This document shows positions 12,417 through 24,367 of a stretch of 64,000 nucleotides of DNA, piece after piece. Location of the stretch: positions 100,068,001 through 100,132,000 of the forward strand of contig OZ024745.1 in the NCBI GenBank assembly GCA_964016885.1. Reading direction: 5' to 3'. The translations under genes were made by a program, and so were the position numbers. This DNA is from Eledone cirrhosa. Lineage: Eukaryota. The notes below the pieces were generated by a model. The model was given only the letters and a program-made list of their open reading frames with translations. It did not search any database and had not been told where the DNA came from. The stretch's first letter is position 1. Every line of letters begins with the position of its first letter.

Positions 12417-12500
12417 CTGGGCTGGATGATGTGACCCACAACCTGGTAAAGGTAAGCCATCAGGTCCAACAGGACAGGGAGCATCTAAGCCAGGAATCCC
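12417..12500 (-). CDS. Collagen exon with MACIT C-terminal signature ([28 protein letters not shown]); collagen XIII/XXIII/XXV / COL-99 family
   Basis: 84 nt, ctacag acceptor, CAG|gtaaac donor; matches the GLDAPCPLGPDGLPMPGCW-type terminus of vertebrate MACITs (recalled, not searched). Confidence 0.9.
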
Positions 12501-13050
12501 CTGTAGGATTGATTATTGGTAGGCAGTATAATAAGCAGCCATCACTTAGATACTCCTTATACCATAGCCTGGTTGGAACCCTTATTTCTATAAAAGCTCT
12601 AGACAAAGACTAAGTGCTAATTCTTTAAAAATTAGATAATTTGATCCTATATTATTTTAGTGAGTCAAATTTTATAAAATCATATGGTTTAAATCTATTT
12701 AACATATTTTGTTTATATATCTTTTTTAGTTATATTTATTACATAAAACTATATAAATTCCAGCAACCAAGTTATGGTAAATTTTAGAATAGAGTTAGAT
12801 AGAAGTGAGGAAAAGGGGTAAAATTAAACAAAAACAGAAAAAAAAAAAAAATTGTACCACACACAAAGATTATAAATCTGAAAGCCTAATAGATTTTTAG
12901 TATAATATTGTAAATTTGTGGAATAAAAAGTTTAAGTTAGCTTTAAAAGTGCATAAGTGCATGATATGTTTAAATGAATGCATTGAGTGTAATTGATGCT
13001 TCAAGATAAACCTAATAGTATTAATATTTGACAAAATATAACCTACTAAC

Positions 13051-13104
13051 CTGGTCTCCTTTTTCTCCTTTTCCACCTCGCCTGCCTCTTTTACCTTTTG
13101 GTCC
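13051..13104 (-). CDS. Collagen exon (GPKGKRGRRGGKGEKGDQ)
   Basis: 54 nt, tttcag acceptor, gttagt donor, six triplets. Confidence 0.92.
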
Positions 13105-14115
13105 CTGAAACAACAGTTTCACCATCAAATTGTTAAACTATTTGAAATGGCTAAAGCATAAGGATTTCAATATCAACATAGGAATAAATGCCATCTTTTT
13201 AATCATCTATATTGTTACTAACCTTTTCTACTTTATTATCAACAACAATTTAAAGTTCAGATGTCATATTTTTATAAAATAGGAAAGTTACTCTCTAACT
13301 CTTTAGCTGTATCCAGCCAGAATTCTCTCACCGCTTTCTGCTCAAACCATCCATAACTAATCCACTCATACTGATGTTAAGGAATTGTACTCAAAATAAA
13401 TAATATCAAAATCTCATAGATTCGATATTATGTGAGATAAAGCCTTTACTGCGAAAATACAATAGTATAACAATAATAATAATGAAATTATTGTCTACAG
13501 TGCTCAGGTGAACTGCAACTCATCAAAGGTGCATGTATAGTACATAGAATAATGTACACATGTCAGGAAAGTGAATAGTGTATGAGTCATGATATACATA
13601 TGTGTGTGTATAGAGAGTAATGTAAATGCTAAAGGGTCAAATATCTTTTTGACCATTAGTAAAGCCAGTTGTTCTTATTGTAGAACCAAACAATATCTCA
13701 GTAGCTAATTTTATAAAAGTACCCTACTACTTTTTATTTTCAGACTATATTTTCTATTGTCAATTTCCTTTTTCTTTTTAAATAACAATGACATTTTTTT
13801 CAAACTACTCAATTAGCATTTACTAGTGTTAAGTTACTTTCAGTACTTTTCACTTTTAAAACTTCTTTTTCTTTTTTCTTTCACTATTTTCCATCATGTT
13901 TTACTAGTTTGTATGGAATAAGAACAATACTCATGTTATAATTCAACATGAAATCTGAGATCTGCTTTTGTTAGCCTGGCAAACAAAATAACACATCTTC
14001 AACACATCTTTCCCAGGGACACAACATAATCATAAAAGGAGGAATGCAGGACTGTGTTCTGAATATATTTTTTATCCCATTAGTAAAATAAGTTAGATTA
14101 CTTTGAATAAATAAT

Positions 14116-14280
14116 TGTTTCTAATTATCCCAGTGTATTACTGGTACTTTATTTTATCGACCCCGTAAGGATGAAAGGCAAAGTTAACCTCGGCGGGATT
14201 TGAACACAGATCATAAAGGGCCGTAAATCTTTTGCTGTAAAGCATGGCACCCGACCCTCTACTGATACTGCCAATCTACC
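14116..14280 (-). mobile_element. SINE family A
   Basis: TSD gaataaataat at 14105-14115 and 14281-14291. Confidence 0.85.
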
Positions 14281-14791
14281 GAATAAATAATGAATGAATA
14301 TTAAATAATTTATGTACTAAATTTCATAGCTGTTGATTAAACATAAATATAATGATTGCTTATTTTAAGATTCACTTCTTTTAAAATTTTCAAATGTCAA
14401 CACTTCCGGTTAGTGTCCGTAGGCTATATCACATCACTTATATAAACGTTCCTATATTTGCATCGTTATATAAGGTTTATATTTCCGTCACTAATTTTCT
14501 CCTTTTTCCTTTTCATTACATTTTACCGTAATGCAGTTTATATATAATATCGTCTTTTTTAAATGTATCATGGATTACTTTACTGATTACAGAAGGGAGT
14601 GTAACACAATTTCTCTTCAATTTCTGTGCATATTGTTAATTACGATTTTATTTGATGTATCATACCTACATGCATGTATATTTGCATAAATCAATATGCA
14701 CACTTCACATGCTAGCAGAAAAACCACCCATAGGCTGGTTTTTCTGCTAGTATATATAATAAGATCATGATTACGTATTTTCACAGCCATA

Positions 14792-15066
14792 ACCATCATC
14801 ATCATCACTGTTTTATGTCTATTCTTCCACGCTAGCATGGGTTTAACAGGTTGTCCTGTCGTGGGCAATGCCAGGTTGGGTGACCATGTCTTGCTCATAC
14901 TGGAACTGATTTTGGCTTGTTTTCTACAGCTGGATGCCCTTCCTAAAACCAACCTTATTTACAATGAGTACTGGGTGCTTTTTGACCATGGCACCTACAC
15001 GACCACTTTACAGTGTGAGCTGGGTGCTTTTTTGTAGCGACACCTCCATGACCACTTTGCAGTGTG
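14792..15066 (-). mobile_element. SINE family B 3' part; further copies at about 5682-5880, 16328-16640, 20450-20770, 31285-31550 and 48741-48900 (-), and 22830-23110, 27740-28005, 34230-34550 and 56915-57085 (+)
   Basis: (CAT)n plus ccacgctagcatggg and ttctacagctggatgcccttcctaa motifs shared across copies. Confidence 0.8.
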
Positions 15067-15711
15067 TAACAATAAACATGAATATTTGTAGTGATTTATT
15101 GGCTATCAACATCATATATTCAATAGTCTTGAGATGGAGAAAATATTGAGCACAGAATTGCCAATGCTTATAACAAAGCTCTTTATTCACTTAAAAAATA
15201 AAATGAGATATAGAAAAACAATCCCATCCAGTCATATCTTTCATAACTTTCTAAATAGAACAACAGTTTTACCTTCTGCAATACATTTTTAACCCTTTAG
15301 CATTTAAACCGGCCATATCTGGCCAGAATTCTCTCACTTCTTTCTGTTCAAACTGGCTGTAAATGGCCACTCATACTGATGTGAAGGTATTGTTCTCAAA
15401 ATGAATAATATCAAAATCTCATAGATTTAATATTATGTGAGATAAAGCCTTTACCACAAAAATACAACAGCATGTATATAGAGTAATGTAAATGCTAATG
15501 GGTTAAAGTTGAAACTGCTGACATTCTGTAATTGATCTTAACAGCTAAATCATCTTCATACATACAAGTATTTGCTTTCCTTATCTACACTAAGAACACC
15601 ATAATTAAAAACAAACCAAGCAACTTTTAACAGTTAAAATAAAAGCAATAAAGAAAGAGCATTCAAACTTGTTATAATATATGTTGTAAGTAACAAACCA
15701 ATAATTTAAAG

Positions 15712-16008
15712 CAGGGTCGTGCTTCAGGTGACCCACGGGCCACAATCCGGGCCCACCATGACCATTTTAAATTTTTACCTTGTAGGCTTATTTAGAAATT
15801 TTTTTGTAACTATAATACAATTTTCTGTTAGTTGGCCTATACTAAAGGGCTTCACTGATAGTGTTATGTGTGTTATAATTTCCCAGTTCCATGTTATGGA
15901 AAGAAATTGTGGTTTTCATTAGATTACATATTTTTGACAGTGACTGGCCTTAATATGTGTTCCAATGTTCAAAAGTGGCCCGCCAATGGAATATGTTGCA
16001 CAACCCCG
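15712..16008. mobile_element. hAT-like MITE
   Basis: 8-bp TSD atttaaag; CAGGGTCGTGC / GCACAACCCCG imperfect TIRs. Confidence 0.75.
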
Positions 16009-16078
16009 ATTTAAAGCATTCACATTAGATATTAGTATAATTTGCCAGTGATATATCATGCACAAGAAAGTTACTTAC

Positions 16079-16132
16079 TCGTGGTCCCAGAGCACCTGCA
16101 TCACCTTTAACCCCTTTAGGTCCAGATGGTCC
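16079..16132 (-). CDS. Collagen exon (GPSGPKGVKGDAGALGPR)
   Basis: Classical 54-nt collagen exon, tatcag acceptor, gtaagt donor. Confidence 0.93.
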
Positions 16133-16215
16133 CTGATAATAAAAAAAATTATTTCATAAATAAAGAACAGCACATATTACAATACTGCTTACTGGTTATA
16201 AATGATTATATAGAG

Positions 16216-16787
16216 CAGGCATGTTAAAACTGAGGGTCCCCCGAGGGCCACATGGTCACATATGTGTTGTCTGAGGGGCACACACAACAACTAATTGCGC
16301 ACATTACAACTAATATTTTTTATTTTATCATCATCATCATCATCATCACCGTTTTACGTCCGTTCTTCCACGCTAGCATGGGTTAGACGGGTTGTCCTGT
16401 TGTGGGCAGTGTCTGGTTGGCTGACCATGCCTTGCTCATACAGGAACTGATTTGGCTTGATTTCTACAGCTGGATGCCCTTCCTAACACCAACCTCATTT
16501 ACAGTGAGTGCTGGGTGCTTTTTCGTGGCACCTACACGTCCACTTTACAGTGTGGGCTGGGTGCTTTTTTGCCATGGCACCTCCACGACCACCTTGCGGT
16601 GAGGGGTGTGGGGGCATATTGTCTATATGCTTCAGCTTGTACCTATGGGAGGTCGGGTACTCTGTATTACTGCGTGACGCCAGAGGTCATGGTCGTGTGT
16701 CATCGCCTGTAAAGTGTGCTTGTAAAGGGTCGTGTATCATCGCACTGTAAAGTGTGCTTGTAAAGGGCCCCATGTTTGACATGCCTG
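16216..16787. mobile_element. hAT-like MITE with nested SINE B
   Basis: 8-bp TSD atatagag; CAGGCATGTTAAA / TTTGACATGCCTG TIRs. Confidence 0.8.
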
Positions 16788-16899
16788 ATATAGAGTATTT
16801 ATCACAAATTGAAGACCAGTATTGAATGCAAATAGAAAAAGTATTATTTGAAATTTTATTTATTTGATATTAAAAATCTCAAGAAAGAAAATCCCAACA

Positions 16900-18008
16900 A
16901 AGCTAGAACATGAACTAGAACCATTATTATCAGAAGTAGGAGTAATTGAGAAGACTAAAAAGAATAAAGCACCAGATCCAGACAACTTTCTAGAAGTACT
17001 ACTGAAAATAATAGGTTCTCAATGGCCCATATTTTACACTAAATTGTCTGTGCCATCTGGAAAATTGGCAAGCTGCGAACAGACTGGTGCAAATCTGTTT
17101 ACATTTCAATTCCCAAAAGAAGGAATCTCCTCCAGTGCAATAATTACAAAAAAGTTACATTGATATCACACACCAGCAAAGTTCTCTTCATAATCATCTC
17201 TCAGAGACTTATGATTATTATGAAGAAATTACACTTGAACAGGCACCAGGAACCAGTTTTCATCAGGCTATATTCATAAGTGTCTGAAGCACCGGGGACC
17301 AGTTTTTTTAACACACACCTAATGAAGAAATAAAAGAGGCCAGTATCGACTTTAATACACTGGCTTTATTGACTGCTCCAAGGCAATTGAATGGGTTCAA
17401 TAGATCAAACTATGAACAACAATGATTCAACTGGGTGAGGTGCCATACCTAATGGCTCTTCTAGGAACACTAAGTTTTGAAAGCCTTCAGACAAACATTC
17501 TTTCTGCAGCTGGAAAGGTATCTATCCAGGCTGCATCCTTTCTCCATCTATTATTAGCATCCACACTTAGATGATCATGTGACTGATAATTTCAAATAAA
17601 ACTGTCTTTAAAATAGGAGAAAGAACCATCAGTAATTTGAGAGATGCAGACGACACAGTCTGGCTAATCTTGAACAAAAAAATAAAAATCAAGCAAAAAG
17701 ACCAATAAACTCTTCATGTACTCCAAAAGAGCCAGCTTGGTGCTACTCAACATGTCCATTAAATTTAGTAGCGAGGATGAGGAAATGTTTGTCACTTGTC
17801 ATTGATGTCTTGGTACATTTTAGGCAGAACCATGACTATTTCAGACACTGATCTTGTGATGTTATTGAGGGGTCTTCAATCTCATTTCAAATAAAACTGT
17901 CTTTAAAATAGGAGAAAGAACCATCAGTAATTTGAGAGATGCAGACGACACAGTCTGGCTAATCTTGAACAAAAAAATAAAAATCAAGCAAAAAGACCAA
18001 TAAACTCT
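16900..18008 (+). mobile_element. Decayed RTE/BovB-like LINE RT fragment
   Basis: Frameshifted motifs KAPDPD, DWCKSVYISIPKEG, QGCILSP, NLRDADDT (YADD-like). Confidence 0.78.
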
Positions 18009-18944
18009 AGTCAATAATATTGCAGAGGTTTCTAGGGGTTGGCAGAGATTATCCTCCTCATTCTCCTCCCTGTTTAATGTCTACTTTCCATGCTTCTAGA
18101 TGGGTTTTCATGTTCTGAAGAAAGACAGGTCAGGTGATCATGTCTTCCTCGTAAGTTGGTTTGATTTCTATGGCTGAATGAACTTCTTAATTTCAACCAC
18201 TTTACATTGACTACTGAGAGCAACAACACTACCATTGTACAGGGTGGCCTGGGAGCTTTTGTTGTGGCACCAGCACTACTAACTTACAGGGTGGATTTAA
18301 TGTTTTTCATCATGGTAACAGCATTGCCACTTTACAGGCTGGACTGGATGTTTGTCAGTGTTGCCCCAACACTACTACCTCACAGAGTGGACCGGGTGTA
18401 TTTTATCATGTCACCAGCTCTATCTCATTACAAGATTAGGGTACTCAGTGTTTTTGCTCCAGCTGGGGGAGGCAGTGCTAAATGCTGACTACGAAGGGAG
18501 GAGGTAATCCTACAGTGCAAGAGGTAGTGTCAGGTCATTGAGGTAACTTTAAAGAGAAAGAATTATGTTTGGTATTTTATTGTGGAGTCATGCCTGGCTT
18601 TTCATACGTGGGTTGGATACAGAAGGTGAATTGGGGATGTAAATGGCAGGGGAAGGGGGTACATCACCATCATTAAGTGTCTACTTTCCATGCTTGGATA
18701 GGTTAGACAGGCTGTCACATTCTGTGACTAGAATGGTCATATGTTCCATTCTGGCAACGTCTCTACAGCTGGATGCCCTCGATAACACCAACTGAGCATT
18801 TTATCATAGCACAAGTACTACTACCTTACAGGGTTGATTATATATATAAGGACTCCTCTGGCCATTTAAGCCCAAAATAGAAAAAAAAACAAACAAAAAA
18901 ACAAAACAAAAAAAACAACAACATAAAATTTGAAATTTTCTTAC

Positions 18945-18980
18945 TCGTAATCCTAGAGGGCCATGGAGTCCATTAATTCC
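18945..18980 (-). CDS. Collagen exon (GINGLHGPLGLR)
   Basis: 36 nt, ttgcag acceptor, gtaaga donor. Confidence 0.88.
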
Positions 18981-19367
18981 CTGCAATGAAAAGTTGGAAA
19001 AAAAATTTCATAAGGTGCATTACCAAGTTGCATGCTTTGCTTTTATTTAAATATTTACATACATTTTGGGATGACTGTAGCTAATTATATCAAACACAGT
19101 GCTTGAATAGCATTTATTTTATCAATCCCAGAGGGATGGAAGGCAAAGTTGACCTCTGTAGGATTTGAACTCAGATTGTAAACAATCTAATTAAATACTG
19201 GCATGAGAATTATTATTAGTGGTTGACAAAATGTCAAGCAATATTTAGTTTGCCATCAACTACCCCAATATACATTTTATTGTTTTGTTATTATCTTGAA
19301 TGGAATCTGCTCATTATAGAAATAACTCTGCTCTTGCAGCTGAATCATCATTATTTCAGTATGCTTT

Positions 19368-19506
19368 CTAGCACAGTTACGTCCCTTTACAGTTTGAGTT
19401 CAAATCCCGCCGAGGTTAACTTTGTCTTTCATCCTTACGGGGTCGATAAAATAAAGTACCAGTAATGTACTGGGTAATTGCTGGATTTGGGCCTAAAGTA
19501 GAAACA
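19368..19506 (+). mobile_element. SINE family A, 5'-truncated
   Basis: B box and body present; 18-bp direct repeat attatttcagtatgcttt on both flanks. Confidence 0.82.
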
Positions 19507-19645
19507 ATTATTTCAGTATGCTTTAGTGACAAAGTAAAAGGAAAGAAAAGCAACCTTTTGTTCACCATCTATTTTTAATTTCACCAAATATATACAATTC
19601 ATATTGATCTCCTTTCAAGTAGAACAGGATTTGAGGTAGATTTAA

Positions 19646-20057
19646 CCCTTTAGCATTTAAACCGGCCATATCCGGCGCCTGAATTCTCTCACCTCTTTCT
19701 GTTCAAACTAGCTGTAACCAGCAACTCATACTGATGTTAAGGTATTGTTCTCAAAGTGAATAATAATTGTTTCTACTTTTGGCACAAGGCCAGCAATCAT
19801 CCCAGTGTATTACTGCTACTTTATTTTATCGACCCTGTAAGGATGAAAGGCAAACTTAACCTCGACAGGATTTGAACTCAGATCATAAAGGGAGGTAACT
19901 CTATGCTTGAAAGCATGGCGTCCGACCCTTACCGATACTGCCAATCCACCGCCTCAAAACGAATAATAATAAAATTTCATAGATTCGATATTAAGTGAGA
20001 GAGAGCCTTTACCAAAAAATATAATAGCATATATAGAGTAATGTAAATGCTAAAGGG
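19646..20057. mobile_element. piggyBac-derived MITE with nested SINE
   Basis: TTAA-CCCTTTAGCATTTA ... TAAATGCTAAAGGG-TTAA. Confidence 0.85.
19765..19953 (-). mobile_element. SINE family A nested in a piggyBac MITE
   Basis: Same consensus; imperfect TSD tcaaa..gaataataat. Confidence 0.85.
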
Positions 20058-20921
20058 TTAAATAAACTATTTTCACAATTTTTCACCTGTTGTTACAGAA
20101 GCACTTGAAACCGCCCAAGTTTTGGGATAAAAGATAATTATTTTAAATGTTTATATTTATCTAAAAGCCCTCCATCAGAATTTCATGTAAGAATCTTTAT
20201 GTTCCAAAGACCAACTAAATAATGAGAAAGAGTTATATTACTAAATCCTTCCAAATTCTTGATTATTTTCAAAATTATTTGAAAATTATAGGCAATGTCT
20301 TTCATGGTAACAAAGGGTTAAATTATTATGTATTAATGAAAGAGTTGAAGGACTGTTTTAATGGGAATCAAAGATTTCAAAATCATATGAATACACCTAA
20401 TTTTCAAATAACCTAATAGTAGGGAAGGTGGTGAATTGGCAGAGTTGTTCATCATCATCATCATCACCGTTTTACGTCCGTTCTTCCACGCTAGCATGGG
20501 TTAGACGGGTTGTCCTGTTGTGGGCAGTGTCTGCTCGGTTGACCATGCCTTGCTCATACAGGAACTGATTTGGCTTGATTTCTACAGCTGGATGCCCTTC
20601 CTAACACCAACCTCATTTACAGTGAGTGCTGGGAGCTTTTTTTCCGTGGCGCCTACACGTCCACTTTACAGTGTGGGCTGGGTGCTTTTTTTTGCCGTAG
20701 CACCTCCACGACCACCTTGCGGTGGGGGGTGGGGGCATATTGTCTATATGCTTCAGCTTGTACACATGGGAGGTCGGATAGAATGTTTTGAGTTCATCAG
20801 ATAGAATGTTTTGAGGTGTTAATTCTGATTTTCTTTGCTTCGAGTTCAAAATTTTATAATATATATACATATATACATGCACACACAATTTTATCTAAGT
20901 TGCTAGAAACACTAGTTTAAT

Positions 20922-21097
20922 AATTGTTTCTACTTTTGGCGCAAGGCCAGCAATTACCCCAGTATATTACTGGTAATTTATATTATCGACCGCTGTTAGG
21001 ATGAAAGGCAAAGTTAACCTTGGCAGGATAGGGCCGTAACTCTATGCTTCAAAGCATGGTGTCTGACCCTCTACCGATACAGCCAATCCACTGTCCC
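20922..21097 (-). mobile_element. SINE family A
   Basis: Consensus match, TSD acactag.ttaataat. Confidence 0.8.
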
Positions 21098-21461
21098 TAC
21101 ACTAGCTTAATAATGACACAGTTATCCTATACTTAAATCCCCCTAAATTTTTGCCTATTTTTAAAATGAATTAAAAATCACAGGCAGTTTGTTTCATTAG
21201 AAACATAATAATAAAAGTGTTCAGCAAAGACCTGCCAACATTGCGGAGCATCGATAAGTTGTTCAATATAAACATGAAATTGAAGAACAAAATTAAAATT
21301 GAGTCTTTAATTATTCTATGTACTATACATGCACCTTTGATGAGTTGTAGTGCACCTGAGCAGTGTACACAATAATTTCATTAATTATTTTTTTTAAAGT
21401 GAATTGGTATATGAAAACCAGAAATTACACAAAATTATAAATTGGATAGTTATGTACGTAC

Positions 21462-21557
21462 AGGCTTGCCCTGGTCTCCTTTTTCTCCTTTTGTGCAAGC
21501 ACATAAGGGAGCCCCATCTTTAGCAAATCCAGGGACACCTGCTGGACCGGGTGGACC
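21462..21557 (-). CDS. Collagen exon with Cys-containing interruption (GPPGPAGVPGFAKDGAPLCACTKGEKGDQGKP)
   Basis: 96 nt, ttgtag acceptor, gtacgt donor, Gly-X-Y at both ends. Confidence 0.9.
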
Positions 21558-21803
21558 CTACAATGTTGAAAATATAAATTTGAATGTTTTTTTTTTTTGT
21601 TACATATTAAATTCAATATTTTTTTTCTAATAAATTTGTAGAGTTACAATTTAAGCTATTGAATGATAATTCAAAACAAGAAATAAGTGTTGTGTATATC
21701 TGAGACATTGATGACTCTACCACAATTGATTAAAGTTATAAGTTTTAATTTTAAATAAGGAAAAAATAAAGATAGGAGTTTGAGAGAGAGAAAGAGAGAA
21801 AGA

Positions 21804-21807
<4 letters not shown>

Positions 21808-21893
<86 letters not shown>

Positions 21894-22050
21894 GGAATAG
21901 AGAAGAAAGAGAGAGAGAGAGAAAGGGTGAGGAATAGAGAAGAAGAAAGAGAGAGAGAGAGAAAGAGAGAGAGAGGAAGAGAGAGAGAGGAAGAAAGTGA
22001 GAGAGAGAGAGAGGAAGAGAGGGAAAGACAAAAAGAGAGTGAGAGTAAAG
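21808..22050. repeat. (GA)n microsatellite and purine-rich tract
   Basis: About 40 pure GA units followed by degenerate GA. Confidence 0.95.
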
Positions 22051-22402
22051 TCAACAATAAATAAATTTTAATAATGATATTGCTTTATATTTAGTAATAA
22101 CAAAATTTGAACAATCATTAAAGTTAGTACCCCCCCCCCACCCCAATGACAACAACAACAAAAATAAAAATATCAATAAAATTAAAATGCAGGTTAATAA
22201 AAAAGCTTTTTTGTGTTAATAAAGATTATTTGGGCTACTTCATAATATACTTCAAATCATGAATACTTACATAAATAATATGAAAATATACATAAAACAA
22301 ACAAAAAATAACCCCCATCCAAAAAACAAATAAAAACCAAATTAAAATAAAGCTAGATATAACTATATTTATCCAGCAAATTATATATATACATATACAC
22401 AA

Positions 22403-22435
<33 letters not shown>

Positions 22436-22514
22436 CTTTCCATGCTAGTGTGGAAAATAGACGTAAAATATATATATATGTATATATATATATTTGTGTG
22501 TATATACATATCAT

Positions 22515-22572
<58 letters not shown>

Positions 22573-22574
<2 letters not shown>

Positions 22575-22767
22575 CGAAGGAAATGTGGTAAGGAACCAGA
22601 TGGACCATAACGCACCAAAGTACTCAATACTTAGGGTAGTAGAGTGGGTAATAGGAACAAGTATGACCCCGACGGCAGAGCTCAAGCCGTTTCGACGGCT
22701 AATTCTAATCCAGAATTAGCCGTCGGAACGGCTTGAGCTCTGCCGTCGGGGTCATACTTGTTCCTAT
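22573..22767. mobile_element. (TA)n-embedded element with 56-bp hairpin carrying the 3' half of a hammerhead
   Basis: Arms 22651-22706 / 22712-22767 with 1 mismatch; minus strand reads GAAA cggc-ttgagctct-gccg TC; second unfolded copy at 26018-26157. Confidence 0.6.
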
Positions 22768-23196
22768 ATATATATATACCATTATCGTGATATATATATA
22801 TACATGTGTGTGTGTGTGTATATTTTTGGTACCACAAAACATCCAGCCTATAAAGGGTTGTGTAGGTGTCACGACAAAAAGCACCCAGCCGACACTGTTA
22901 AGTGGTTGTGTAGGTGTCATGGCAAAAAGCACCCAGCACACACTGCAAATATGGTTGGAGCTAGGAAGAGCATCCAGCCATAGAACACCAGCCAGAAACA
23001 GTCCTATATGAGCGAGACACTGTCACCTGGCCCAATTTGCCTCTAAATGGGACAAACATGTCTAACCCATGCTAGCATGGAAGATAGACGTGAAATGATA
23101 ATGATGATGATGATATATATATATTTTCTTAAGGCTTGAATATTAACACTCTACTTCAGTATTGAGTACTCTTTTCTCTCAGCCATGAACCACATA

Positions 23197-23228
<32 letters not shown>

Positions 23229-24066
23229 ATCATCGTCACCGTTTAGCGTCCCATTTTTCTATGCTTGCATGGGTTAGATATTTTGTCCATGCTGTACCAT
23301 GCTCCTATGTGGCTGTAAATTTGGCCAGGGATTTTAAAGTTGGAAGCCCTTCCTAACATTAACCACATTTATAGTGTGTATATATATATACACATATATA
23401 TATACATATATACACACACTCACACTTATATATCATCATCATCATCATTTTATGTCCGCTTTTCCCTGCTTGCAAGTATATATATACTTAATGATAATGA
23501 AATTCCTCCAGTCAGTCTTTCTTGAAGTAATGGTTATAAGGATTTATAATATATATTCACAAACATTACATTAACTTGAATATATCTTTTTATCATACAA
23601 ATTCTATTCTGTGATTAACGATTGATATACTATGGTGTAACAAAAGTAATTTATAAAGTCATTTTCCCAACAATGATTACATTTTACAGACCAACAGATA
23701 AATGTCTTATACATATATATTATACTAAATATCAACATAAACTAAAAATTGTAATCAAATAAATTGTAATCAAATAAAAAAGAATAGAAGAAATATTAAC
23801 ATATATAAAAATAACATGCAGTTGTTAAACATTTTAAAATGAAACAGTTTTATAAAAACAATAAACCTGTAGAACTTTGTGACAGAATTGCCAGAAATGA
23901 TAGAATTAACAGAATTTATAGAATTGTCAAGAAATTTCACCAAAAGTATGTACATTTTCACTGTTAGCTGTTGTTATAAATAAACTACTTACAGATTAGT
24001 ATTACATAAACACTGACGTATTTTTTAGTGACAGTAGAATATGAAGCTAATTAACAAATAAATATA

Positions 24067-24367
24067 CTCTCGGGTCTTGAATAACCCCCCTCGCCCCACT
24101 TCGTTTATTTAATTTTGCTAATCTCTCTCCGGCGAAATTTTTCTTTATATATTAAAAAACATTATACATGAACAAAAAAAGTACATTACTAGAAATCCCA
24201 TACATTATAAAATAAATATTATGGGTTTGGGGTTTCAACATGTAAACTAAACTACTAATACAGTTTAAAAAAAAAAAAAAAAATCAACGAAGACAACCTA
24301 GAAAAATTACCGATTTTCCATCCGCCCCACTTATTCCACCCACCTCCTATTATTTGGGACCCGAGAG
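24067..24367. mobile_element. Tc1/mariner-type MITE
   Basis: TA-CTCTCGGGTC ... GACCCGAGAG-TA. Confidence 0.7.

Noticed and set aside
21671-22719. SL-rich and IY-rich ORFs (also near 1197-1627, 23340-23574 and 34906-35257)
   Set aside because: Translations of GA, TA and CTA microsatellites.
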